NCBI GenBank assembly: GCA_963707955.1
Contig: OY970176.1
Coordinates: 480,001-544,000, forward strand
DNA: 64,000 nt
Direction: 5' to 3'
Origin: Candidatus Bathyarchaeota archaeon
GTDB taxonomy: Archaea; Thermoproteota; Bathyarchaeia; Bathyarchaeales; Bathycorpusculaceae
Shown: positions 49,700-58,974 of the stretch, piece by piece
How the letters are laid out: each line of letters opens with the position of its first letter
Position numbering within the stretch: position 1 is the stretch's first letter
The notes under the pieces: generated by a model
What the model was told of the DNA's origin: nothing
Databases searched by the model: none
Seen by the model: only the letters and a program-made list of their open reading frames with translations
Position numbers and translations under genes: made by a program

Positions 49700-51204
49700 G
49701 CAGCGAACCGATAGAGAGAAGAGTTTCTTACCTTGGAGACAGGCTGAGGGGTAACCGTTGTCTAATATGTGGAAAGGAATATTTCGAGATCAGAGACTAC
49801 TGCGGAAACTGTGGAAGAAAAAGCTACGGCAAGATGGAGGAAAACGACCTCTTCTACGAAAAGGGCAAACTCGAAGTCTGCACACTCATCAACGAGCCAA
49901 CAAACAAGTTCTCTAAGCTCGGAAACTACATCTACGGCATAGTTTCATTCCACGATGGAAAGATACGCGTCCCAGGGCGCCTCACGGACCGAACGCCGAA
50001 ATGCAACGAGAACGTCGATTTTTCAACCCTTGAGGGACGGACCGTCGTCCCGAGGTTCCGCAGACGCTACTCGGTTGACAGAAACGATGTTGTTCCGACG
50101 ATCTCTCTGGCGTTCACGTTTGCCGACGAGTATTATCCACATCAAGAATACAAGGCGGCAAAGCCGAAGAAGGAATATGATTCGCCTGGCATCGTAGGCT
50201 ACGGCGTTTACACTTCAAAGTTCAGGATAAAGGAAGGAAACATCGAGCGCTCAGTCCCATTCATAGACGAGGACTCCATAACCGCTGCGGTCGAGGCTGG
50301 AAAGCTCGCGCTCATCCACGCCAGAGTCGGCAGCAACCATATCGGCAAGATCTACGTAGGCTCGGAGTCGAACCCCTACGCCGTCAAGCCCATAGCGTCA
50401 AAGGTTGCGCAGGTGTTGAAGCTAGGAGAGGAAGATGAGGACGTGCAGGGAGTTGACGCCGTGGACACGGAGTTCGCTTGCAAAGCGGCCACCAGCATGT
50501 TCAAGGATGCAGCTTCACTGGTCAATTATCCAAAGTCAAACATCGAGTACACCATGGTCACCGGCACCGATAACGCGCAAGCAGCGCCAAGAGACTGCGC
50601 TGGCGGAGAACTGGACCTATTCGTAGGGTATGGTGCAGCATCATTCATATTCGGAAAGTGTGACGTTATCGCCGAGATCGAAGGATGGTACTCTTGCACC
50701 TCAGACACTCCTGACTTCTGGCGAAGGGACGGTGAACCGTATCCGATGCATGGTGGAAGGTTCACAGGGGACCCAACCTACTTCAAGCACGTAAGAAAGT
50801 CGGCTAAGAAACTGATGGAACGGCTCAATCTGCAGGTTGCTGACGTAAACTATTTTGTCGCCCACCAGCCTAACGTTCAATTTCCAGTGCGGATAGCAAA
50901 AGAACTGGGCTTCAAGGAAGAACAGTATTTGCCCATGCTTCAAGTAGCGAAATTCGGCAACACGTATTCGGGCGCTTCGCCAGTCGGTCTCGCAGCCGTG
51001 CTTGACATCGCCAAGCCAGATGAACGAATCGTTATTGCAAGCTACGGTTCAGGAGCGGGAAGCGACGCTTACTCGTTCCTAGCGACAAGTCAGATACTTG
51101 AAAAAAGGCAGAACCAGAAGCTCACAGTCAGGTATCAAGCAGAAAACCCCTTCGTAGAGTACGTGGACTACACGACATACAGACGATTGAAAGCCGGAAT
51201 GTAG
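49696..51204 (+). CDS. DUF35 (Zn ribbon/OB-fold)-HMG-CoA synthase fusion
   Basis: N-terminal CLICG...CGNC and OB-fold region; HMGS motifs GSES, EFACKA, DFWRR, HQPN, GNTYSG, SYGSGAGSD. Confidence 0.9.
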   Translation: MSSEPIERRVSYLGDRLRGNRCLICGKEYFEIRDYCGNCGRKSYGKMEENDLFYEKGKLEVCTLINEPTNKFSKLGNYIYGIVSFHDGKIRVPGRLTDRTPKCNENVDFSTLEGRTVVPRFRRRYSVDRNDVVPTISLAFTFADEYYPHQEYKAAKPKKEYDSPGIVGYGVYTSKFRIKEGNIERSVPFIDEDSITAAVEAGKLALIHARVGSNHIGKIYVGSESNPYAVKPIASKVAQVLKLGEEDEDVQGVDAVDTEFACKAATSMFKDAASLVNYPKSNIEYTMVTGTDNAQAAPRDCAGGELDLFVGYGAASFIFGKCDVIAEIEGWYSCTSDTPDFWRRDGEPYPMHGGRFTGDPTYFKHVRKSAKKLMERLNLQVADVNYFVAHQPNVQFPVRIAKELGFKEEQYLPMLQVAKFGNTYSGASPVGLAAVLDIAKPDERIVIASYGSGAGSDAYSFLATSQILEKRQNQKLTVRYQAENPFVEYVDYTTYRRLKAGM

Positions 51205-51251
51205 AAAACCATTAATAAGCCTTCAGCAACTTAAGAGCGGAGCGCAAGGAA

Positions 51252-52427
51252 TTGCGGATTCCTAACTTACTCAAAGTCATTTACGCCCCGCACAAAGCAG
51301 TCAAAGAAATAGCTGCAAACCCGACGTACTGGGGTCCCCTCCTCATAGTGGTTCTTTTTGTCGCAGCAAACGTGGGGTTCGTTTACATAAGCTCATCAAA
51401 AACCTACTTTGAGCAGACATTGCCCAACGGTGTGAACCATGATGTATGGACTGAGAACGAGACGTTCTGGACATCGAATAATGCCACCGTCAGTGAGAGC
51501 AGTGATGTTATCCCTGTAAGCTACCCCGCCAACGTGCGCCAATACTATGGAACCAAGAGCATAGTTTTTTCGATAAACAGCAGTGAGATCTGGATGGAGT
51601 TGAGTAACATAGGGCCCATCAACTGCTCCAGTCCAGATGGCTACGACAAACTTGATTTCAGAGTGAAACAGCTCAGTCCACAGAACAGCACGGTCAACGC
51701 CACCATTGACCTCTTCTCAACAAGCCCTTCTGACTCTTTTTATTACGATCTGACTCAAAACTTCTCCAGCTCTACCTTTAATGAATGGAACAATCTGACG
51801 GACATCCAGCTCGGTTCAGGATGGAACAAAGTCAATGCCGGTGCAGACTGGAGCAACATCACTGGTTTGAAGCTGGACCTCACATGGCCAGCCGTTTCGA
51901 ACATATCCTTGGTGGTGTATGGTCTGTTTTTCCACGGTCCGTACGCATCTTCCCTAGAGAGCGCGGGCAGCTCTTACGTGTTTAGCGTTGCTTTTTCATA
52001 CGCTTTGCAGTTTGTCATCACATGGGTTATCCTCGGAGGAATACTCTACGTGCTTTCAAAGGCGCTAGGTGCAAAGCTCGTCTGGAAACCGTTGTTAATC
52101 GTGATCGGATGCGTCCTTATCACCATGGTCGTCCAAGCGGTTGTGAACGTTGCCGCTTGGGGAACTCTGTCTAACGTCTACGTTCCTTTTGCGCTGGAGG
52201 GTGGCGTCCCTAGCGAAGGTCAAGCTGCTTTAAACGCGATTTCAAATCAGACCTATTTTGTTTCTCTGACGGCAACGGTCATTCAGATAGCAACGTACGT
52301 CTGGACCATAGCACTAGCCGGACTCGCCGTTCACCAGCTCGGCAAGTTTGGTTGGACCAAGAGCTTTCTGGCAGCAACAGTGGCTTACTTCGTAACTCTG
52401 TTCATAGCAAGCTTCTTGTTCGCATAA
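51252..52427 (+). CDS. YIP1-like membrane protein with a large extracellular insert
   Basis: KVIYAPHKAVKEI YIP1-like start; about 190-aa Asn/Ser-rich insert; four C-terminal TM helices. Confidence 0.75.
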   Translation: MRIPNLLKVIYAPHKAVKEIAANPTYWGPLLIVVLFVAANVGFVYISSSKTYFEQTLPNGVNHDVWTENETFWTSNNATVSESSDVIPVSYPANVRQYYGTKSIVFSINSSEIWMELSNIGPINCSSPDGYDKLDFRVKQLSPQNSTVNATIDLFSTSPSDSFYYDLTQNFSSSTFNEWNNLTDIQLGSGWNKVNAGADWSNITGLKLDLTWPAVSNISLVVYGLFFHGPYASSLESAGSSYVFSVAFSYALQFVITWVILGGILYVLSKALGAKLVWKPLLIVIGCVLITMVVQAVVNVAAWGTLSNVYVPFALEGGVPSEGQAALNAISNQTYFVSLTATVIQIATYVWTIALAGLAVHQLGKFGWTKSFLAATVAYFVTLFIASFLFA

Positions 52428-52697
52428 GAACCGTGAAGCAGGCAACTTGAAAAAAAGAAGCCCCGCTTTTTGTTTCTTGTGGACTAGCCTACCATTAGTC
52501 AAGCTTCATTCAGCCGCAACGACAGGGCACTATTATCGGTAATCCCCAGACGCGTCCCATCACAATAACTCCAGTGTTTTCGATTGAAAAGACAATGGTT
52601 CCGATTGTTTTCGCAATGCCTGTCTGCTTAGTCTTCGGCCCTTGCCTCCAAGGAAGACTTCCAAGCTGAACGCTGCTGAAGCGGTGCGTTATGAATA

Positions 52698-52906
52698 GCG
52701 CGCATGCTTGTTCCTAAATTCCCAGATTCAGCTCAGGAGGAAGGCATGACGTTTTCAGATGTCTATGGTTGCCGTCACGGTTCAGCTGAGTGCTTTCGTG
52801 CTCACACCCTTCCCCCCGGGTATCCTATATGATCCAAATATGATTCAAGAGCAAAATGAGTAGCACAAGCCACTTCCCAAAAGAACGCAGGAACATGCTA
52901 GCGCGC
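52698..52906. repeat. Inverted pair of dispersed element copies enclosing a non-coding spacer (209-bp MITE-like unit)
   Basis: 52698 GCGCGCATGCTTGTTCCTAAATTCCC; minus strand from 52906 GCGCGCTAGCATGTTCCTGCGTTC; internal CACACCCTTCCCCCC at about 52804. Confidence 0.7.
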
Positions 52907-53041
52907 GAAGTTAGCAAAATTTATATGGCTGAAGGACTTTTCTGCATCTAACCGGCCTTAACCGAGGCTCAAGTGTCAGAGTTTGGCACGATGGGTTTTT
53001 GCGGACGGAGGCTGGTTCCGCGAATAGGACGAAAAACGAAG

Positions 53042-53326
53042 ATGCCAAGACGGCTACCAGAAAAAACCAAGAACGCCCCAAGGAAGCCTCGAAGGTTCGG
53101 AAGTCAAAGCAGGTATCGTCCGAGCAGACCGTTCTTGCAGTCGAGGCCAGTGAAGGAGAATCAGGAGATAGAAGTCGTCATCGACGACATTGGAAGCAGA
53201 GGTGATGGAGTAGCCAGAATAGAAGGCTACTTGATCTTTGTTCCCTGCAGCAAGATCGGAGAACGGGTCAGGGTCAAGATCAGGGCAGTGGGAGAGAAGT
53301 TTGCTCTCGCGGAAAAACTAGCATGA
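53042..53326 (+). CDS. TRAM domain protein
   Basis: IDDIGSRGDGVARIEGYLIFVP; Arg-rich N-terminus. Confidence 0.88.
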   Translation: MPRRLPEKTKNAPRKPRRFGSQSRYRPSRPFLQSRPVKENQEIEVVIDDIGSRGDGVARIEGYLIFVPCSKIGERVRVKIRAVGEKFALAEKLA

Positions 53327-53341
53327 ATAGAGTGGACAAGC

Positions 53342-53632
53342 TTGAAGATCAATGAACTTCACGACGGAATGAAACGCGTTAACGTTCAAGCTAGAGTCAC
53401 AGAAAAATCAGACCCCCGGGAAGTCGTTTCTCGCTTCAAGGACCAAACATACCGAGTCGCCACGGCCATGGTCGCAGACGAGACAGGCACAGTGAAGCTG
53501 ACACTTTGGAACGACCAGATCGAACTAGTGAACGTCAACGACACTATAAGAGTGGAAAACGGCTACGTCACAAGCTTCAGAGGCGAGATCCAACTCAACG
53601 TTGGAAAATACGGGACGCTAACTGTCGAGTAG
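53342..53632 (+). CDS. ssb: Single OB-fold single-stranded DNA-binding protein
   Basis: ADETGTVKLTLW...NGYVTSFRGEIQLNVGKYG. Confidence 0.9.
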   Translation: MKINELHDGMKRVNVQARVTEKSDPREVVSRFKDQTYRVATAMVADETGTVKLTLWNDQIELVNVNDTIRVENGYVTSFRGEIQLNVGKYGTLTVE

Positions 53633-53683
53633 TCTCATGATGGACGAGTCGGTTTCAACCAGCAATCGCGAGAGGTGAGGTGA

Positions 53684-53974
53684 ATGGAGGAAAGAAGAAG
53701 ATTCGAACCCAGAAGAGGAGGATTCGGAAGACGTGAAAGGGGCGGGTTTATCCCCAAACCAGTTGAGGTTGGCAAAGAATACGAGGTGAACATTGAAGAG
53801 CTTAGCAGCCGAGGAGAAGGAATAGCCAGAGTACAGGGCTTGGTGATATTCGTGCCAAACACTAAACAAGGCGAGCACGTCAAAATCAAAGTGACAAGGA
53901 TAAGCAGAAGGTTTGCAGAAGCCGAGGTTGTTGGAAAACCTCAGGTCGAAAGCGAGGAAAAAGAAGACGAATAG
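53684..53974 (+). CDS. TRAM domain protein
   Basis: PVEVGKEYEV...RGEGIARVQGLVIFVP; RGG-rich N-terminus. Confidence 0.9.
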   Translation: MEERRRFEPRRGGFGRRERGGFIPKPVEVGKEYEVNIEELSSRGEGIARVQGLVIFVPNTKQGEHVKIKVTRISRRFAEAEVVGKPQVESEEKEDE

Positions 53975-54316
53975 GCCAGCTGAGAAAAGAACAAAATGAT
54001 TCCTTCCACACTCATAGAATCATCCGCCAAGATCAACCATTCCGAAGCCATGCCACATAAAACAGATAGGTTCTTGCCCATCAAAAACCGCTGCTTAGAG
54101 TACAGCCTTGAAACAACGTCAGCGCATGTCCTGTAACGTATAAGATTCAAGCATGTCAGTGGCGTTTTCAGCATCATCACTGTCGAGAATGCAACTGTCT
54201 TGTCGATAGAAGTGTGAGGAAGAACTTTGGTTATTAGACAATGTTTCTATGCGCCCGGCATGATGAAGGGGGGGTATGGGTCCTACGACTGGCTTTTAGC
54301 GCGCGCCTGGACGCAA

Positions 54317-54757
54317 TCATTTTTTCTTAAAGAAGAGCCAATTCTGCTTGCCTTTCAGTCGTACGAGGACGTAGGACCCTCGTAGTTTTTCGCCGTTGAT
54401 TTCTACGATGAGTTTGTCCTCTTTTCTGTCTATCAACTTGTACGTTCCCTTGTCCCAGATCTCCACCGTTCCTGCGCCGTATTCGCCCTCAGGAATGGTT
54501 CCTTGAAAGGTCGCGTATGATATGGGGTGGTCATCAACTTGGACCGCGAGTCTTTTGACACCGAGCTCGATGGGCGGCTCTTTTGGGATTGCCCAGCTTT
54601 TCAGCGTGCCGTCCATCTCCAAACGCAGGTCGTAGTGCAGATGTGTCGCAGCGTGCTTCTGAACAACGTAGATGTTGCTCTGTCCTTCTCGTAGCTGACC
54701 CTTAGGCTCCGATGTTTTGTCGAAGTTTCTCTTGTTCTTATACTCCCTCAAGCTCAA
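54317..54757 (-). CDS. Stand-alone LigD 3'-phosphoesterase (PE) domain protein
   Basis: [17 protein letters not shown]...SWAIPK...[12 protein letters not shown]. Confidence 0.92.
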   Translation of the reverse strand: MSLREYKNKRNFDKTSEPKGQLREGQSNIYVVQKHAATHLHYDLRLEMDGTLKSWAIPKEPPIELGVKRLAVQVDDHPISYATFQGTIPEGEYGAGTVEIWDKGTYKLIDRKEDKLIVEINGEKLRGSYVLVRLKGKQNWLFFKKK

Positions 54758-54977
54758 ACCGTAATTCTCCTCTCACACGAGCCTCTATCGACTAGGATGT
54801 TTTTAGCTCTTCGAGGAATTCTGTGAGGTCAGCGTTGTACGTACCCGCTTCGTCGCTGATCTTTCGTTTTGCAGCGGTTTGCGCCAGCGAAGCCCGCCTG
54901 CCATCCAGTTAGCTTCTTTCGTTGAAATCCCCTCTGCATAATTTACGAACAAGTCTCTTAGAGCAAAAGATCCGTTT

Positions 54978-55097
54978 TCAGCCGCCCGTCACTGCGTCTG
55001 TGCCTAGGCAGCACTCGCAACCGGAAGACTCGCCGCAGTACGGACACACGCACTTGCAGTCGTCAATCGGATACCCGCACCTTTCACATATAGGCAT
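54978..55097 (-). CDS. Cys-rich microprotein (39 aa, 9 Cys), metallothionein/Zn-finger-like
   Basis: MPICERCGYPIDDCKCVCPYCGESSGCECCLGTDAVTGG*; alternative start at 55115; below the ORF-track length cutoff. Confidence 0.75.
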   Translation of the reverse strand: MPICERCGYPIDDCKCVCPYCGESSGCECCLGTDAVTGG

Positions 55098-55409
55098 GTC
55101 ATCCTTGAGTTTCATTCTTCTCGCCTACGTCACTCTATTCAACATCTTGGGAATTAAACTTTCCCAAATTAGTGCATAAACAGGGGAACCGGCGCGCGCT
55201 GGTTCTGGGTATTGCCGAGCCCTATGTAAGCACCAAATATGAGGTTGTGTTTTTGTGTCGCCGGTATTACTGTACACGGTGAATTCCGTCGGATCTATTC
55301 CATTCCACTTAGGGACTATTACAGAAATCCATTCAAGAAGTTTAGCGCGCACGGGGTAAACTTTACCCCCAAACCCAAACAGTGACTACGACGGTGACGA
55401 CGACTAATA

Positions 55410-55425
55410 TTTAGCGCGCGCTAAA
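55410..55425. promoter_or_regulatory. Perfect 16-bp palindrome TTTAGCGCGCGCTAAA abutting the BRE/TATA of the ferritin-like gene
   Basis: Read directly; followed by AAATCTTATATC. Confidence 0.6.
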
Positions 55426-55477
55426 AAATCTTATATCTAAGTAATTGTTCCTTTCTGAGTAGAAGTTGTGATTATTC

Positions 55478-56458
55478 ATGGCTGTTAAAACAACAACGGG
55501 ATATATAGACTTGCTAAACAAAGCGGTTGAACGTGAAATTGCTGTTTCACTCCAGTATATACTTCAACATGCAAAAATGGAAAAGCTCGTGCGCAGAACA
55601 ATCCCTGAAAACATCCTTCTGGACAAAACCACCTATGACGCCGTTGGAAAATTCCTAAGAGAACTTGCCATCCAAGAAATGAAACATGCCGCAAGCATAA
55701 TAGCGCGTATTTACTATCTTGGAGGGAAAGCAACCACTAAATCCGGCAAACCTAACATTGGCGACAGCATAAGCGAATTCGCCAAACTAGGCGTAAAAGC
55801 TGAAGAAGAAGCGTTAACGCTTTACCGCCAAATCATCGAGACTTCTGGGAAAATGGGCGATTGGGAAACACGTGAACTCTTCGAGAAAATCTACGGTGAA
55901 GAAGAAGGACACTTATTCAAGTTCCAAGAATACACCAAATTCCAAGACGAGAAAGAAGAGCCAAGCAAAGTGCCTTTGCCTAAATGGCGCAAAATATACA
56001 CAGACGATTACTTTGCCCTCTTAAACAAGGCTGTTGCAGCGGAAATCACCGGAATAATCCAATACACAAATCAACATGAAAAAGCGGTTTTTCTTGAACT
56101 TCGAATGAAGAACGCACCGCTAGAAACCATAACTGAAACCAACAAAGCCAACGTCGTAAGCAAGATACTGAAAGAAATCTTCATGCAAGAAATGGATCAC
56201 TTAGAAAAAATCAGCGAAAGAATCTATTTGCTTGAAGGCGAAGCAACAACCAATCCAGATCCACTTCCAGTTGTCGGCAACACAGCTATGGATTTCCTAA
56301 CATTGGATCATGCATTGGAAAGTAGCGCAATATCACTGTACCGCCAAATCATCGCTGAAGCACTCAAATGCGGCGACACAACAACAAGGCGCATGTTCGA
56401 AGACATAATAATTCAAGAAGAAAATCACTTCTGGACATTCGATGACTTCGTTAGATAA
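55478..56458 (+). CDS. Tandem two-domain bacterioferritin/ferritin-like protein
   Basis: Two repeats of LNKAV..EI....QY...QEMxH...LYRQII...EExH. Confidence 0.88.
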   Translation: MAVKTTTGYIDLLNKAVEREIAVSLQYILQHAKMEKLVRRTIPENILLDKTTYDAVGKFLRELAIQEMKHAASIIARIYYLGGKATTKSGKPNIGDSISEFAKLGVKAEEEALTLYRQIIETSGKMGDWETRELFEKIYGEEEGHLFKFQEYTKFQDEKEEPSKVPLPKWRKIYTDDYFALLNKAVAAEITGIIQYTNQHEKAVFLELRMKNAPLETITETNKANVVSKILKEIFMQEMDHLEKISERIYLLEGEATTNPDPLPVVGNTAMDFLTLDHALESSAISLYRQIIAEALKCGDTTTRRMFEDIIIQEENHFWTFDDFVR

Positions 56459-56767
56459 AACTAATAATTCTTTTTTTATATCGAAAATTTTAGGCGCGCG
56501 CGTGCTACAGTTTCGACACTAGATTTTTAAGTCTCAGTAATTACGGTTATTCATGTTAGAAGGCATTAAATTGCCGAAAGAAAAGCGGAAATCATATTAA
56601 ACTTTCTTGTGGACCGCCTGTTATCGCAAGTTCAACTCCTTTTGCAGTGAACAAGTATGTTAAACAGACGGTAACTTCGTCTCAGCACGCGCTGACGATG
56701 ACAGTGAATCAAACAGCAGAGCTTATATGAAGTCATCCGAATAGTGAACATCAAGGTGAAAGGCCAA

Positions 56768-57271
56768 ATGGACAAGACCTTAGATAATTTGAAAGCAGCG
56801 TTTGCAGGCGAGTCTCAGGCAAACAGGCGCTACCTAGCATTTGCTCAGAAGGCCGAGGAAGAAGGCCGACCGCAGGTCGCGAAACTATTCAGGGCAGCTG
56901 CTGAGGCAGAAACCGTCCACGCGTTGAACCACATGAGAGTCATAGGAGAAGTTAGAACAACGGCTGAAAACCTGAACGCTGCTGTTGGGGGAGAAACCTT
57001 CGAGTTCAAACAAATGTACCCCGAATACCTCAAGATGGCGAAGGAAGAGAAGAATAGTCAAGCGACCTGGAGCTTCAACGTGGCAAACCAGGTTGAACAG
57101 GTCCACGCAAAACTCTTCACAAAAGCAGTCAACGCCTTGAAAACCGGGAAGGAACCGCCAAAAGCCGAATACTACGTTTGCAGCGTCTGCGGCAACACTG
57201 TCGAAAATGAACCGCCTGAAAAATGTCCTATCTGCGGAAACCCCAAGTCAAAGTTCTTTAAAGCAGCGTAG
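56768..57271 (+). CDS. rbr: Rubrerythrin
   Basis: AFAGESQANRRY, EAETVHA, EQVH, CSVCG...CPICG. Confidence 0.95.
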   Translation: MDKTLDNLKAAFAGESQANRRYLAFAQKAEEEGRPQVAKLFRAAAEAETVHALNHMRVIGEVRTTAENLNAAVGGETFEFKQMYPEYLKMAKEEKNSQATWSFNVANQVEQVHAKLFTKAVNALKTGKEPPKAEYYVCSVCGNTVENEPPEKCPICGNPKSKFFKAA

Positions 57272-57300
57272 AATCGCTCTTTCACACAGCTTTCTCTTGG

Positions 57301-57642
57301 ATGCCAGAACCCATGACCATCAAAACACCGAGGGAGTTCTTTGAGAAAGCCTTGCCGAGCAGGTTCGACCCAAGCAAGGCAGGAGGGCTTGAGGCGGTGA
57401 TCCAGATGAACATCACAGGGTCCAACGGAGGAGACTGGACGATAATTATCAAAGACGGAAAGATGGAAGTAAAGCAGGGAATCCACGCGTCTCCCGAAAT
57501 AGCGATCAAAATCGTTGACACGGACTTTGTTGACTTGATCAACCGCAAACAGAGCGCTCTGACAGCGTTCATGTCTGGAAAAATCCAATTCAAGGGAAGC
57601 CTGGCCCTCGGGCTGAGACTCATTGACGCTGGATTCATCTAA
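57301..57642 (+). CDS. SCP2 sterol/lipid carrier domain protein
   Basis: AFMSGKIQFKGSLALG. Confidence 0.88.
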   Translation: MPEPMTIKTPREFFEKALPSRFDPSKAGGLEAVIQMNITGSNGGDWTIIIKDGKMEVKQGIHASPEIAIKIVDTDFVDLINRKQSALTAFMSGKIQFKGSLALGLRLIDAGFI

Positions 57643-57692
57643 TACGCTCTAAGGCTTGTTCTTCCCTCGAGGTCTGATGCGAAAAGAATTGA

Positions 57693-58427
57693 TTGACGAT
57701 GAATCCTACATACAAGGGCTCCGTTGAGTCGCTCAGGGATTTCTGGGAGAGCAGAAGCGAATCTTTCGAAAGGGACTATGGCATACGCACGGAAGGAATC
57801 GTCAGGATAGTCAACGGAATTGCAGAGTTGATTAAGGGCAGGCTGGTCCTCGACATCGGGTGCGGTCCTGGAATCGCTGGAAAGCTTTTTCCAAGGAACA
57901 GCGACACCGTGGGTCTGGACTTCTCCATCTCAATGCTGAGAAGTGCAAAGAATCGCATCCGACAACTGGTTCTTGGAGACTCTCTTAACCTTCCATTCGG
58001 CAGTGAGACTTTTCAAATTGCAACCTGTTTCTTCGTGGCCTCAGACTACTCACAAAAGGAGCGTATCTTTTCAGAGGCCTTTCGAGTCCTCCAAGACAAG
58101 GGACTGCTACTGTTTGCCGACTACTCACCCAGGGACGAACATTGGAAGCTTAGGAGAAGAATTCGTCCAGTTATGGGCGAAAGCTTCTCAATTTACATAG
58201 AGGACGGGAAAACGCTTTCGAACAAGCTGGAGCAGACCGGGTTCAAGGTTCGAGAAGCCAAGCTCATCCGATTCGACGCCGCTTTTGAACTCAAACGGTA
58301 CGTAAGAACAGAAACGGAATTACAACTGTTGAAAGAAACCGATCCTGACCTTTTCACGCATGTTCAAGGCCTAACAGAACGCAAGAGAATCAGGCGAGAA
58401 TTCATCCTCCTAGTCGCCAGAAAATAG
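57693..58427 (+). CDS. Class I SAM-dependent methyltransferase
   Basis: VLDIGCGPG, GLDFS, GDSLNLPF. Confidence 0.9.
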   Translation: MTMNPTYKGSVESLRDFWESRSESFERDYGIRTEGIVRIVNGIAELIKGRLVLDIGCGPGIAGKLFPRNSDTVGLDFSISMLRSAKNRIRQLVLGDSLNLPFGSETFQIATCFFVASDYSQKERIFSEAFRVLQDKGLLLFADYSPRDEHWKLRRRIRPVMGESFSIYIEDGKTLSNKLEQTGFKVREAKLIRFDAAFELKRYVRTETELQLLKETDPDLFTHVQGLTERKRIRREFILLVARK

Positions 58428-58521
58428 CAAGCGCTCTCTTACTCACATCTTTGTGACGGAAGAAGCAATTCATGCAGTGTAAAAGGCTATTAAAGGAATA
58501 TAACAAATATCCAACGGATAT

Positions 58522-58974
58522 ATGATGGATTTCACAATTCCCCACACGATGGAGATAGAGCACGAGGAGCTGCACAAAGAGCTGAGAAAGGGGACAAGAG
58601 AGGGCGGCGAAACAGGAGAAGCGGCAAAGAAAGTGGCGAAGATTCTTCATCCACATTTTGTGAAAGAGGAAGATTTTGCCTTGCCGCCACTTGGGCTGTT
58701 GCCTCTGCTTTCAAAAGGCAGGGTAACGTCAGACATGAAGGACATCTTGCTTATGACCGACAAGCTGAAGACAGAGCTTAACCAGATGCTGAAGGAACAC
58801 AAACAAATAGTCACTGCCCTCAAAAAACTGGTCTCTGCCGCAAAGAAAGAAAGGAAACTGGAATACCTCCGATTTGCCGACAGACTTACCCTACACGCGC
58901 AGGCTGAAGAAGAATTGTACTATCCGGCTGCGATACTAGCAGGCGAATACGTGAAGGTTAAACTTAGAGAATAG
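58522..58974 (+). CDS. Hemerythrin-domain protein
   Basis: EHEELH, PHFVKEE, KEHKQI, LHAQAEE. Confidence 0.85.
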   Translation: MMDFTIPHTMEIEHEELHKELRKGTREGGETGEAAKKVAKILHPHFVKEEDFALPPLGLLPLLSKGRVTSDMKDILLMTDKLKTELNQMLKEHKQIVTALKKLVSAAKKERKLEYLRFADRLTLHAQAEEELYYPAAILAGEYVKVKLRE

